In this document: positions 12,029 through 25,986 of the stretch, piece by piece
Layout: each line of letters opens with the position of its first letter
How positions within the stretch are numbered: position 1 is the first letter of the stretch
NCBI GenBank assembly: GCA_963693365.1
Contig: CAVNZM010000001.1
Coordinates: 1,938,907-2,002,906 of the forward strand
Source of the DNA: Amoebidium appalachense
Lineage: Eukaryota; Protista; Ichthyosporea
DNA length: 64,000 nucleotides
Reading direction: 5' to 3'
Position numbers and translations under genes: made by a program
Notes under the pieces: generated by a model
The model's input: the letters and a program-made list of their open reading frames with translations, nothing else
Databases searched by the model: none
Told to the model about the DNA's origin: nothing

Positions 12029-14444
12029 GCGCTATAATTTTGTGGTGATGTGTTTCTCAAGCCAATCAATACATCTAATAAACAGGTCGTAGTTACGCGT
12101 GTTTAGTATAAAATCAAGGATGTTGTAATTTACAGGTAGGCTATCTTTCTGGGTGTCTGTTGTGAATGTGACGTGTGTGTGTTGCGGTATTATGTGGTCT
12201 ATCAAACTACATTTGGCGATACATGACCGGTTAAACTGGTGTGTGTGTGTGTTGTTTGGGCATGCAAATGATGCCACCTTATACTTATTAGATCTCCACT
12301 GTATAGCACGTGTACAGTAAAAGCGTGGTAATTGATCAATAATACCATCAGCTAGAGAAAGACCAGTTCTACAGGAAGGTAATATGTATTTAGGTGTTAT
12401 ACACTTGCGAGTGCCATATTTGGCAATATGGTTGAGGCGGTCAGTATATATAAAACGAGACATAAGGCTTAGTTTTTCAAGGTGTATGCTTTCATCGGGT
12501 CTAGTGTCGTGTGGTATCTTTTTCCATTTGTTATATTGCGTGATTATCTTGTGATTGTGTACATGTTTAATAAGTAAGTGGCAGTCCAAAGTCACACACA
12601 CACTATTGCGGGGTTTATTTGTATTTGTGCCCAGGGGAGAAGGGGAGAGAGAGGGGAGGAAAGAGGGGAGAGGTGAGGAGGGGACAGGTCGGATAGAGAA
12701 GAGAGGGTGGGAGGGCAAATACTTCTTTAAGCGGCTTATGTGCTTATTGAATTTCAGCGCGAGATAGGATACTCTAGCAGCTATTGGGACCAGACCATAT
12801 ATTGAGAGCGTTACAGGCCCAGGTTTACAACAGTTGTTAGATAGAAAGGAGGCAACTTCTGCTTCAAGGAAATTTGCCAAGGGTTTAAGCGCTCTAGTTC
12901 TCTCTTTCTTGATCCAAGCGGCGAGAAGGGGTAAACCATATTCACATGCCGGGAAGACAAAAGTGCGAATAAATGTAAGTCTAATAGAAGGATGGAGGGG
13001 TGTGTCTTTAAAAATATTAGCCGAGAAGAAAGCTAACCGCTTACGAGCCAACTCTACCCTCTTTTCGACCATATGGGGAAACATAACACCAACAGAATCA
13101 ACCGGAACACCAAGATATTTGTATTCTGGAACTATAGGTACAGGTTTAGATGATAATGTAAATGTGTGTAAATTGTTAGCTATATCAGGTACAAGAACAC
13201 CACATTTGTCTATGTTAAGGATCATAAGGTTTGCCTTGCACCACTCTGACACTACATCGAACAATCTTTGCAGGCGTCTAGGGGTACGGGCAAGGAGGGA
13301 CAGATCATCAGCATAGAGAAGTGCAGGCGGGAAGTTATTAATAGGGTCATCGTTTTCGGCGTAAATCTTGACAGCCAAATCATCTATAAATAGGTTAAAC
13401 AAAAAGGGGCTAAGCAATGAACCCTGCAAGAGACCTCTAGTACGAGCAAAACCATATGAAAGATGCCCATTAACCACAGCTCTACCATAGGTTTGAGACA
13501 AGAGTGCTTCTAACAGAACACCAATGCAGTGTGGTACACCCCGTGCAGCAAGCTTTTCCCATAGGAGACCAGGGGAGACAGAATCGTAAGCAGTTTTCCA
13601 ATCAATAAAGCCAACATATTGTGCACCAACTTGCATAGAATCGTGCAGTGCCATTATTTGAACATAACATGAATTGTTTTTACGAAAAGCGGATTGGCAT
13701 GGGTGTATGTGAAGAATAGATTGAAACCTAGGGTGATGTGCGAATAACCTAAGTAAGCAAGCTTCAAAGAATCTACGAACAACCTGGGTTAGTGTAATGG
13801 GGCGAAAGGATGATATGGGGCCCTCAGAGTCCTTCTTAACTATGGGGATCACTAAGGTATCTAACCAAGATGACGGGACATGTCCACATTTAACACACCA
13901 AGAAAAGAGAGAGCTTAACATGATAGTAAGATCAGGTTTAATAGCACGATCACTTTCCTTTTGTAGGCTACACTTAGAATAACATGTGTGTTTAGACTTC
14001 ATTAATTTACTTTAGTTTTCATGTGTTGCCGGGCTTTAACCAATCATCAAGGCTTAGTGTGATATGTCTGAGTCTTTGCAGTGTGTCATAGGTTAGAACT
14101 TCCTTGATGATGACACGAGTTGATCTTAACTAGTGTCTGTATCCTATCGTGTACGTCTCCGCGTACCAGATCTCTCTGAAAGCAATTGGTTCTTAGTGAT
14201 TGGTTTCTATTAGAGATAGATCTGATTTCCGACTGGTCGGAAATCATGTATGGATTGGACTTAGAGGAATTTCAGGTATTTATTCGAAGATCAGAATAAA
14301 TTCAGTTCAGTCGTGTCTAAACATTGATGTCTGTTGTGTACACTGCTCCGATCGTTCCGTGTTTTGTTGTTGTGTGTCTGTGGTGTTTTCACACTGCACC
14401 ACTGTGTCTCTGCTTCCATCCCAAATACTTATACAAATTTTACA
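11219..14444 (+). repeat. Solo LTR1 interrupted by a LINE
   Basis: TSD CTGCC (11214-11218 and 14445-14449); halves 11219-11662 and 13965-14444 rejoin to LTR1. Confidence 0.93.
11663..13964 (-). mobile_element. 5'-truncated LINE-A (RT, C-terminus, 3' UTR)
   Basis: ORF 12032-~13964 is near-identical to the ORF2 3' part (FRPITL, GLLQGSLLSP, YADD, YKYLG); no TSD visible. Confidence 0.95.
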
Positions 14445-16263
14445 CTGCCATGAGCCCCACCACATCACAGCATGCCCGGAGCCTGGCTGTGCTGTTGCTC
14501 GTCGTGCCAAGCAGGAGAAAGGCAACAAGAGTGTGCCATTTGCACTCATCTCCTCCACCGGCACACCCGACCGTGACGACCCCGTCTGGGACAGTGCTTG
14601 TAATGCACACATCTGCCCCATCAAGGAGTATTTCTCCTCCCTTACCCCGTGTCCTTCCACCCCCATTCACGGCCTTGGCACCGTCAATGCCACACACCGT
14701 GGCATCATCAACATGACCCTGCACTACAACGGCAACTCAACCCCGTGCAGCATCAATGCTTACTACGTACCCGAGTCACCGTCTTTCCTCATGTCTACCT
14801 CCATGGCCTCAACTGCCGGCCTTCTGGGTCATTGTGACGGTACAGACAACCACCCGTCGTTCCTCTACAGCCGTAATGGTGACATCATTTCCGATCTCAC
14901 CCCCCTCAACGGTCTCTACTACATCACTGACTATGTGATTGACACTCCTCAACATCCGTGGGTCCAAGCCTACACAGCAAGGACTCAACCAACCGACGAC
15001 CTCACCCTTTGGCATAACCGTCTCGGCCACCGTGCCCTCTCCACCGTCACCAGGATGGCCAAGGATGAGCTTGTCATCGGAATGCCCCCCTCCCTCAAGT
15101 CACCCGACAACAGTGACTGCTTCGGCTGCATGTCTGGCAAGACCACCAAGGCTCCATTTCCCGGCACCCGTTCCCGGTTCACCATCCCGGTGCTAAGTGG
15201 CACCTGGACTTCTTCGAAGCTCCCTGTGCTTCCTACGGAGGCTACAAGGTTGCTCTGGTGTGTGTTTGTGATGCCACCGGTTACACCACCGTGTTCCCCC
15301 TCTACAACCGTGGTGAAACCCTCAGCTACATTCAGTCCCTCGTTGTCAATGAAACCACCGAACGTCAGACACCTGAGATCGTCACCCATCTTCGGTTTGA
15401 CTCCGGCTCTAAATTCACCTCCAGGGACACCGAGGCCTACTGCAAGCAGAAAGGCATCATCATGGAGTTTGCCCCCGTCGACACACCCCAGCACAACGGT
15501 GTTGTTGAACGGAAGATAAGAGAACTTTAAGAGACAGTCCGTTGCTGCCTCCATGCCGACAAGGACCAACCTCTCTCTCCCAAGTTGTGGGTTGCTGATC
15601 TCAAGCATACTGGCTACATCATCAACGTCACACCGTCATCTGCTGCCAACGGCAACACTCCCTTCGAGGCCTTCCACGGCTTCAACCCCGACGTCTCCCA
15701 GCTCCACGTGTTCGGCTCTCCTGCCTATGTGCATGTTCCCCGGTCAAAGAGGAACAAGCATGCATCAACCGTCAGAGTCGGCACCTACGTCGGCTGGGAT
15801 CTGCCCTCCAAGGCACACAAGAACCTCGACCGTGCCAGCAACCAAGTCAAGATCTGCCGTGACGTCATCTTCGACGAGTCAAAATTCATGAGCAGCACCA
15901 ATCAGGTCCCCGATCCCCCCAAACCTGATCTGCCGACATTGGACCCCCCCTCCGACAACGACGATGAAACTCCGTCTGTGGTCATCTCCCAACCGTCCTG
16001 GCACAACCAACCAGCCCCGGTTGAACCCGTGCCTCCCCCGAGCCCCCCCCTCCACTGGCCAACAACCCTTGCTGCCGGCCCCCCCCGTTGCTGTGCATCA
16101 CCCCGGCTACATGACTCCGGTTCGTCCTGGGTCCCCGACCTTCCACTCGGCCTCGAGCAGCCCTGTTGACACCGATGCCCCTCTCACCACCGGTCCTATT
16201 CCTGGCTTCCATGCCCCTGTCCCGGTCTACAACACTTCCCCGGCCTCCACCTCCGTCAAGGAC

Positions 16264-18224
16264 TGTTGTTTTGTGTGGGTAAACGGAGAAGCAGAGAGCA
16301 CAGATGGGTGTTATGTTATACACAACACAGAGACACACGGGAGAAACACAGCCGAAGAGGTGGAACGATTTCTGGAACCATAGGAAATGAATATGACTGC
16401 TTAAGATTTATTCCAAGATGAAGTCCCTTTTATACTTGGGAATGTGAAAACGATAAACCAATCAAAAGAACGAAAACTCTATTTTCCAATCAAAAAGACG
16501 AAAACTATGAGTGTAAAATATATCGATCAAAATGTCTGTCGACACATAGAATATAAAAACTCAATCCTCTAATGAAAGAAACTTCTAATAAAAGCACGGA
16601 AACATTTAACAAAATGAAACCACTTATGTAACTATTAATTCATAACATACATTTATACATGTTCTATCATAACACGTCTAAATATAATTATTCCTAATAG
16701 TTGGAGAACATAGCACAATGCTACGTCGTGAGAAAGGAATGAGAAAGGAATGTAAGTTACTATATTTGGGAAAATACAAACGTGATATGATTGGATGACA
16801 TATATAGATTTTGACACAAACGACAATACGTGTGCGCGAGCTAAGTATGTCGATACGTACACAGATCTAAGATGTCGTGTACACGGAAACAGAAAGCAAC
16901 AAACTAATAAACAAATACAAAACTCAACTTCTAAGTCTTGCTGAGAATCAAGTGAAGATGACATCCCCACTCAAGGGTTGGAAGTTGGGTTCTCGTGAAG
17001 TTTGTTGATGTGACTGTTGATGTTAGTACTCTCACACATGTAGAAGCAGGTGCCGTGAAGTCACAGTCAAGTTTCCCCACTCGAGAAGACAATGGAGAAG
17101 ACTTGAAGGTGCAAGCCGGGGAAGAAAACCAAAACGGAAGAAGCACACAACGACGGTTGCCTCTGAAGACTCGGAACATGACGGTAGCCAACGACGATAT
17201 ATATATAGGTTTTATTTGTGGAAATTATTGACATAAATATTTTTCTGGGTAAACACGTAGGATGGGTGTCCGATATCAACAGGCTTCGTTTCATGTTTTA
17301 GCAGTTCGCGTTCGGCTGCCCGCATACGGGCACCTATTAGCCGATCAAAACATCAGATTCCACAGATCACTAGACCGAGTTTGATTGGCTCAGGATAAGA
17401 TTTCACATAACACTAGATCGGTTTTGATTGGCTCAGTTCGGCAGCCTTAGGTATATAAGCACGACAGTTTTTTGCAGATCAGCAAGCAACAACACATCTT
17501 CTGTGTTTAGCACCTACAGCTTTACAGCTATATTTTCTTTTTCACCCACCCACCTACACCCTACACTCAACCCCCATTGATCCCCACATACGTGCTGTTT
17601 TTTCACGGGGCGAAGACTTCCCCCGTTTTTTGGGCACAAGGACCTCACGGATCAATAAATTGATGACTGGGGGCCTGCCGTGGTTTACAACCATTGCAGG
17701 TTCACTTTCGTCCAAGGGGATGTCCCCCTAGAGGCAACACACGTCCCGGAGTAGTTTTCATAGATAGAAGAAAACAACTAGTGTATGTGTGACGTGTTGG
17801 TGGCTAATGATTTATACTGGGGACCACCCAGATAAACACAAGGCATGAACATCTTGTGGACTGATTTATACACTGGTGGTCAACCAGTTAAAACACGGGG
17901 AATGAGCATCCCGAGGACTAGGTTTAGACTGGCAGTCAACCAGCACGCCATGGCTATAGATAATTATTTATACTGGGACGCCATCCCATTTCGACAGATA
18001 TATAAGTCGAATATAAGTGAAAACCAATATATATGATGGTATATAAATAAACGACGGATGGTGGAGAAGAAATCCCCACTGAAGATGCACACACTGAAGA
18101 TCGATGAAGACAGCAGTAGACTTTCGTTGGGAGGTGTCTCTACACGGTGATGTGTAGACCACTGGCCAGTGCCCCAACCTACTTGAAGACCACTGTAGAT
18201 GAACCGGGGGGGGGGGGGGGGGGG
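16264..18224 (-). mobile_element. Copia 3' end: LTR3 (16264-16963, 700 bp), PPT, and a family B-like 3' UTR carrying a ~550-bp insert
   Basis: Minus strand reads GAGTGGGGA then TGTCATC...AACAACA; 16964-17207 and 17770-18205 align with the family B 3' UTR (53735-54450). Confidence 0.8.
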
Positions 18225-19253
18225 TGTTAAATTATATAAGTACTTGGGATAAAAGCAGAGACACAGTGGTGCAGTGTGAAAACACCACAGACACACACAA
18301 CAACAAAACACGGAACGATCGGAGCAGTGTACACAACAGACATCAATGTTTAGACACAACTGAACTGAATTTATTCTGATCTTCGAATAAATACCTGAAA
18401 TTCATCTAAGTCCAATCCATACATGATTTCCGACCAGTCGGAAATCAGATCTATCTCTAATAGAAACCAATCACTAAGAACCAATTACTTTCAGAGAGAT
18501 CTGGTACGCGGAGACGTACATGATAGGACACAGACACTAGTTAAGATCAACTCGTGTCATCATCAAGGAAGTTCTAACCTATGACACACTGCAAAGACTC
18601 AGACATATCACATTTAACCTTGATGATTGGTTAAAGCCCGGCAACACATGAAAACTAAAGTAAATTAATGAAGTCTAATCACACATGTTATTCTAAGTGT
18701 AGCGTAAGTGTGTTACCGTCCAATGAACACGTATTAAGTAACACAAATCTACCTAACATATATTAGTAGAAGAAATACGATTATACACATGAAGACAAGG
18801 AGAGAAGGAAAAGAAAATAAGGAAGGAGAAAGAGAAAGGAAAAGAGAGCACAGATCAACAAACAAGATAGTAATAGTATAACTATAACCAGAGATATTTA
18901 TGTACACACGAACATGTACACGTCTCTCCCTGAGTGGGTGGATCCATGTACACACATATAAATATTCTAATCGATATCACAATACACGATTAAAGCCGAT
19001 ACAACACGATTACAAGTATACAAGCATATCGGAGATCGATGCTACACTTTACATAATAGGAGTGTGGCATTTACACTAAGCATATGAACTGAAACATAAC
19101 ACAAACTGAGAAGATCTTACCATATGTAAATGCTACGTATTACAACATCCCCACTTAAGACTTTGAAGTTTGTGTTATCATATCCCCACTGAACTAGTGA
19201 AATCTCCCCACTTGAGAACAGAAACGAAAAAAAAAATTAAAGTGTGTACTTTT

Positions 19254-19303
<50 letters not shown>

Positions 19304-22230
19304 AAGGGGGGGGGGGGGGAGGAGGGGGGGGGGGGAGGGGGGGGGAGGGGGGGGGGGGGGGGGGGGAGGAAAGGAACCGGATCAAAAACAACGAATATAT
19401 ATAAGGTGTATAGTCGGGGTTTGATTAACTGGGTTTGAAACCAGTGAAAGATAGAGTAGAGTCGCGGTACAGGTCAAACCTTATATAAAAAACCCTAAGT
19501 GGGCATACCCACAAAGGCAATATACATATGAAATAATGATTATGGTAAAGTAAGTAGTAAACATTATGAAATCACTCTTGAAGTAGGACGGGTCAATCGA
19601 CAATATCCGGCACACAAAGTCGGGCACGATGGGTGACATGACTCGGGCCGGGGAGGGGTTTGGTGAGGATGTCGGCCAAGTTGTGGGCTGACTCGACGTA
19701 GTGGACAACCACATCCCCACTGGCAATGTAGTCTTTGGTGTTGTAATACCGGACGGCAATGTGTTTGGTACGGTGCTTGATGCCGGTGGAGTTGACGATG
19801 GCAATGGTCGACTGGTTGTCACAGTACACCGGAGTCGGAGCAAGCATGGGGCAGCCGAGTTCCTTGAAGAGGTCACGGACCCAAGCAACTTCCTGTGTGC
19901 CAGCATTGAGAGCAATCAGCTCAGCTTCGGTGGTGCTGGTGGCCGTGATGGGCTGGAGCTTGGAGTACCAGATGATGGGCATACCAGCAAACTCGATGAT
20001 GTAGCCGGTGGTAGACTTCTTGCTGTCGGCACAACCAGCAAAGTCAGCATCCGTGTAGCATTCGAGTATGGGGGGCTGGGTGGCCGAGTACTTGTAGTCA
20101 ATGCCAAGGTCAATGGTGCCGAGCAGGTACCGGGCCACACGACGGAGAAGGTCCCAGTGAGTCTTGCCGGGGTTGGTGCTGAACCGACCAAGGAAGCCGA
20201 TGGCATAGGCAATGTCGGGACGTGTGCACCGTGCCACCCAGAGGAGACGGCCGAGTAACTCACGGTAGGGCACGGTGAACGGTTGGGTGGGGCAGTCAGC
20301 CAGGGAGACGGTGGTGCCTGCAGGGATGGGGGTAGACTTGGACTTGGCATCGGTGAGGTTGAAGTCGTGGATGATATCCATGATGTAAGACCTCTGGTGC
20401 ATGTGGAGGTGATGGGGATCAGAGTGATTAAAATCAACACCGAGCATACGGTCAAATGGACTCATACGACAGCTGGCCATCTTGCTGATGTGGGCAGCCA
20501 GGTCACTGGCAGCAGTAGAACCCCGGGTGTTGGTGATGGTGGAGTCGTCGACGTAGTTACCAGCCCGAACCACATCGTTGTTGGGGAAGAACCGGAGGTA
20601 GATGCACGGGTCAGTCTTAGTACGGGTCAGGCCATGGGCAAGAAGAATGCCGTCGAGGAAGTCGTACCAAGCCTTGGAGGCTTGCTTGGGGCCATACAGG
20701 GCTTTCTTGAGTCTCCAGACCTTGCCAAGTGTGGCCATGGTGATGAATCCCGGGGGTTGCTTCATGTAGATGGTCTCGGTGAGTGGGCTGTTGAGAAAGG
20801 CCGTAGACACGTCGAGTTGATGGATGTCATGACCTTCAACAACGGCCAGAGCTAGGATAGCACGGAGAGCAGCTGGACGGATGACAGGGCTCTCAATCAA
20901 CTCATAGTCAACACCGTATTGCTGACTGAAGCCTTGAGCAACACCACGGGCCTTGATCTTGGTGTCACCAGCCGAGTTGAGAGTTTTCTCGGAGACAATC
21001 CACTTGAAGCCGACGATGTTAGCACCAGGGGGAGGGTCAACAAGTTCAAAGATGTCTTTGTCGACGAAGGCTTGATACTCAGCAGTGAGGGCTGACTTGA
21101 CCTGGTCACCATTGGGTCCGGAACACAGTTGACGGACAAGTTTGGGTAGTTGGTCGATGTTGATGGGGGGACCGGGGGGAACTGGCAGGGTGGTGGTGGC
21201 TTGAAGTCCAACCTTGCCCTGTAGACGGGCAGAACGACGGGGTGCAGGAACCGGGGGAGGTGGAGACGGGGGGGGGGGAACTTGGAAGTTCGGAATTGCA
21301 GGGAGGGCGACCTCCGGGCTTGACGGGGCCGAGTGGAAGTTGTCGGGGAAGCCGGGTCGGATGGGGGTGACGTTGCCAGGGGCAGGATGAGGGTCGGCAG
21401 GCTGGACGGGCACGGGGGCAGGGGCGCCGGTGGGGGGGGGTGTCGGGGGAACGACGATGGCAGGGGGGGGGGGCCAGAGTACACCAGACAAACATCATCT
21501 TCAGTGTCAACTGTGGGGGTTGGGGTGGTCGAGGTGGCAGTGGTGTCGGGGGTCGGAAGTGTTGATGGGATGTCGGGTGGGAGATAAGCTGATTCGTCGA
21601 AAATCACATCACGGAAGAGACCGACACGATGGGTGGTGGGGTTGAAGATCCGGTGGCAGTGTGATTGAAGATCATAGCCGATATACATGCCGAGTTTGAC
21701 GGTGGGGGCCAGCTTGTTCCGTTTAGAGGCTGGCACATGAGTGTAGGCAGGGCAACCGAACACTTTGAGCTCGGAGATGTCGGGCTTGACACCGTAGAAA
21801 ACCTCGAATGGTGTACGACCATTGGCAGTCGTGGACGGGGTGACGTTGATGATGTAGGCGGCATGTTGGAGGGCCTCAGCCCACAGTTTGGGGGACAGAG
21901 ACTGATCTTGGACTTGATGGAGGAGGCAACGAACAATCTCTTGGAGGAACCGCATACGACGTTCAACATAGCCGTTCAGTTGAGGGCAGTCCACCGGAGC
22001 ATAGCTGGCCTTGATGCCCTGGGAGAGGCAAAAAGCACGGGTAGCCTTGGAGGTGAACTCGGAGCCGGAGTCGAAGTGGTAGACACCAACTTTGGAGGGG
22101 GCATGGGTAGCAACGAGGTTGGTGTGAGCTGTGAGAATGTCCAGGGTGGTTGTACGGTCGGCCATCGGGTAGATTTTGACGAGTCCAGAGGCACGGCAGA
22201 CAGTGACGAGAGCAACCTTGGAACCTCCGC
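18225..22230 (-). mobile_element. Copia-A copy 2: integrase core to 3' LTR (LTR1 18225-19147), 5'-truncated
   Basis: ORFs 20897-22165 (HFDSGSEF, NGYVERR) and 19593-21491 (RT/RH); triple PPT; LTR1. Confidence 0.95.
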
Positions 22231-22965
22231 ATCAGCAAACATCTCCCGGCATCTTTTTCCCGTCTCAAACCAGTCTGGGACATCCTAAACCCGTAACCCA
22301 TCCTGAACCATACCCTTTGTAACCGTTATTAGTTAGAGATGACTCCAAGCTATCCCTAACCCGTCCGGCTTTAGCAGGCGATATTAAAGACATCTCTGTA
22401 AGTACGTCCTTAGCATATCTGTAACCCGGCGAAACCCTATCCCGTGTTCCATCTGTTTCCTCCCCCAAGCATATCTTAGAGCCGTCTTTGTTATGTCTTA
22501 AACAAATCTATAAAAAGACAATATTTATGAACTTTTACTAAAAAGATATCCCCAGCATATCTGTAAGCTATCGATCAGCCGTCTACAAGAGCGCTTTGCG
22601 ATCACCAATATCCATCTTTAATACTACTTTATGTAGTTCAGACGAACATGGCATACTTAACACCTCTTGAAGAATTTGCAGAGATGTATTACAGATATGT
22701 TGTGGTTAACCTAAATGTATCCTTACGATGTAGTTATGTAATATGTTATTTCAGTCTAACACGAGTTGTCGACTTTAGGACGCACTAAAAGCAACTCACC
22801 GATAGGCTAGGGATATTTTTATTGGTACATAGTGACACAAACAAAATATGCGTGAGACGTATTTACGTCATAATATAGATTCATCATCAATTGAGGAAAA
22901 GACACAATTAATATACACTTTAGACGGCTTTAGGACGGCCTAACATTATATATGGTCGCTCCCAT

Positions 22966-23108
22966 TGTTGGAATACGTCACCATGTATGACAGCAAGAGC
23001 CTTGAAGTATGTATGCGTCTAAGCTTGTTTGTATTCGTGTCTGCTTTCCTTCTTTCTCTTTCTCTCTCTCTCTCTCTCCCTTTCTCTCTCTCTCTCTCTC
23101 TCTCTCCC

Positions 23109-23184
<76 letters not shown>

Positions 23185-23463
23185 TGTTTCTGTGGGATCT
23201 GTAGATCTGTGCACACCTGGCTCTCTTGCCTGATAAGAACTTATTGTATTTTATTTCTGTTTGCTCTCCTCTGTTTATCTGAGAGGTAGTGTGATTGGCT
23301 AGCCTCACTCGTTGTCTTTCCTTTATTTCAAAATGGCTTAGTTTTGTTCTCAAAAGGATGGCTCGCCAATAGTCGCGAGCGAGTACATCTGTAGATTGTG
23401 TTGTGCATTCCTGTCTATTAATATATGTGTGTTGTGATTGGACAATAGATATATATGGAATTC
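22966..23463 (+). repeat. LTR2 5' fragment containing (CT)n
   Basis: Starts TGTTGGAATACGTCACC; breaks off into the minus-strand family B integrase. Confidence 0.88.
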
Positions 23464-25828
23464 TTGACCGTGTTGGCACGTAGATTCATGATCTTGTGGG
23501 CTTTGTTGGTGATATCCCAGCCCACGCAGGTGCCGAGTTTGACGGTAGAGGCCAACTTGTCTCGTTTGGATGCAGGGACGTGTACATAGGCTGGGCAGCC
23601 GAACACGTGCAGGTGGGAGATGTCAGGCTTGACACCGTAGAAAATTTCAAACGGTGTACGGCCATTGGCAGCTCTGGCCGGGGTCACGTTGATGATGTAG
23701 GCAGCATGCTTGAGAGCAGCTCCCCACAGCTTGGGGGAAAGGGAGTCGGCCTTGTCCTGGTGAAGGAAGCACCGAACGATCTCCTGCAGATCCCTCATCT
23801 TACGTTCAACGAAGCCGTTGAGTTGGGGGCAGTCAACCGGGGCAAATTCCTGAATGATGCCCTTGGACTGGCAGTACTGCTCCATAGCATGGGAGGTGAA
23901 CTCGGACCCAGAGTCTGAACGGAAGTGGGTCACCACCTTGTCGGGTTGCTTGTCAGTAGTCTCAACCAGGGCCTTGACGTATTCGAGAGTTTCCGAAATT
24001 CGGATCAATCACGGAGGAGGTACACGATGGTGTAGCCGGAGGCATCACAGGTACACACGAGGGCCACCTTGTAGCCACCATAGGAGGCACAGGGAGGCTC
24101 GAAGAAATCCATGTGCCACTTGGCAGCGGGGAAGGGGCACTGGGTTCTGGTGCCGGAGAATGGGGCCTTGGTGGTCTTGCCGGAGACACAACCGAAGCAG
24201 TCAGTGGTGTCAGCCACTGAGAGGGATGAGGGGAGGCCTGTCACGAGGTCACCTCTCACCATCTTGGTGAGGGTGGACAGGGCACGATGGCCGAGGCGGT
24301 GGTGCCAGAGCTGAGGATCATTGTTGACCTTGACGTTGGCTACCAGAGCAGTGACGGTCCGAGGGATGGAGGGACACGGTATTTCATAGTCGGTGATGAA
24401 GTACAGTCCATCTGTGCCTGTGAGGGAACACACGATGTTGCCACCACGAGTGTAGAGGTAGGATGGGAATTCATCCTCATCATCGAGGTGGGCAAGGAGA
24501 CCCGACTTGGAGGCCATTGAGGGTGAAATCAGGAAGGCTGGGGAGTCGGGTACGTAGAGGGTGTTGAGGCTCAGTACTGATGTTACTCCGTTGTAGGTGA
24601 CGGCCAGGTTGATGACACCACGGTGATGTGCAGTGACGATGCCGAGGCGGTGGACATCAGTCGGGGGGCATGGCTCAAGAGTAGAGAAGTACTCCTTTAC
24701 TGGGCACACGTGGACGTTTGAAGCCGAGTCCCAGCAGGGGTCCATGGGTAGGGAGGCCGTGGTGGACACGAGGGCAAAATGCACCTCTTTTCCAGACTTG
24801 GTGCTGGCACGGTGACGACGGGCAATTGAGCAGCCAGGTTTGTCACACTGTGTGACATGATGGTCTTCGTGACAGTAGGCACAGTCGAGGGAGCCAGTAG
24901 TCTTGGCTCGGGGTGGCTGGGAATGACGGTTACCCCCTTTACGTTGGGGGTAGGGTGACCGGGAACGATAGCCGGGGGAACAGGACCGGGAGTAATCACG
25001 GTCAATTGAGGGGGATCGATCGGTGGGACGACCACGGGGGTGACGGGAGACGGAGCTGTCACGTCGGGGGATCCGGTGTCTGAGGTCGTCCTTGGTGAGG
25101 ACACGGCTTTGCAGGGCACGTGCTGTTCGGACGGTGGAGGAGGACCCGGACCCAGAGTCGATGAGACCTTCACGGATCTCTGCAGCTCGGATGTCACTGA
25201 TTAGACGGTTGTAGGTCTCGTAGTTGATGGTACGACGGAAGTAGTCGGCAATCATGGCCTGGATGTCGGTACAAACTAACTTACGGTTCTTCTTGAGGTG
25301 TATGAAGCAGTTATCAACCATGGTCTTGTGAGGAATGGGCTCTTCGAGGATGTGCAGGGTAGTGCACAGACGGCGTGCCATGGTGAGGTAGGCCGTGACG
25401 GTCTTGAAGTCCTTGAGTTCAAGCTCATGGTAGTCGAGGAGGATTTGACGGGCACGATCTTCACGTTCAGCCGCATAGGTCATACGGAGGTTGTGGAAAG
25501 CTTGGGCAGGTGACACATCATCGTGGATTTGGCCAGAGTTATACAGCTCATCATTGGAGACGAGTTGAGTAAACATCTGTTCAAGGAAGTTGGAAGCCTC
25601 GGTGTAGGCTTCCTCAGTGTCATAGCCGTGCCACTCGTTCTCGTCGGAAGGGTCGACCCACTCGGGGGCCTTGATGACGGGCACTAACTTGGCCGCGGTG
25701 GTAGTACGTAGGTACCGGAAGATGACGTGTTCCCACTCATAATAGGTGAGACGTTTGCCGGACTTCTTGTCCGTGGTGTCATCCCCTTTCCAGGGGGTGA
25801 GGTTGAGATACGCAGGTTTCTTCGACAT
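23464..25828 (-). pseudogene. gag-pol: Family B gag-protease-integrase, frameshifted near 24000 and truncated
   Basis: ORFs 24005-25837 and 23418-24008; small insertion at ~23992-24008 relative to copy 1. Confidence 0.9.
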
Positions 25829-25986
25829 GGTGATCAATCAGTCAGATGATGCGCGAGAGAGGAATCAGATTGGTATTCAAATTTGAATATTTTCGATTGC
25901 AGCGAGAGTATGTGTTGCGAGAGCGTGCGAAAATGGGCCTTCAACCTGTTGTTTTGTACGGGTCTAAGGGAGCAGAGTGCACAGAG

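Larger units (their letters stand above)
9294..16263 (+). mobile_element. Copia family D internal region (gag from ATG 9369, PR, INT), degenerate, split by two solo LTRs and a LINE, truncated before RT
   Basis: Gag is homologous to family B gag. Reading resumes across the TSDs: knuckle CSYC|HEPHHITAC, WDSAC, LWHNRLGH, FDSGSKF, NGVVERK; frameshifts and a stop are present. Confidence 0.9.

Noticed and set aside
22231-22965. AT-rich segment with recurring CATATCT/AGATAT motifs, possibly a MITE (similar texture at 38280-38440)
   Set aside because: No TIR or TSD could be defined.
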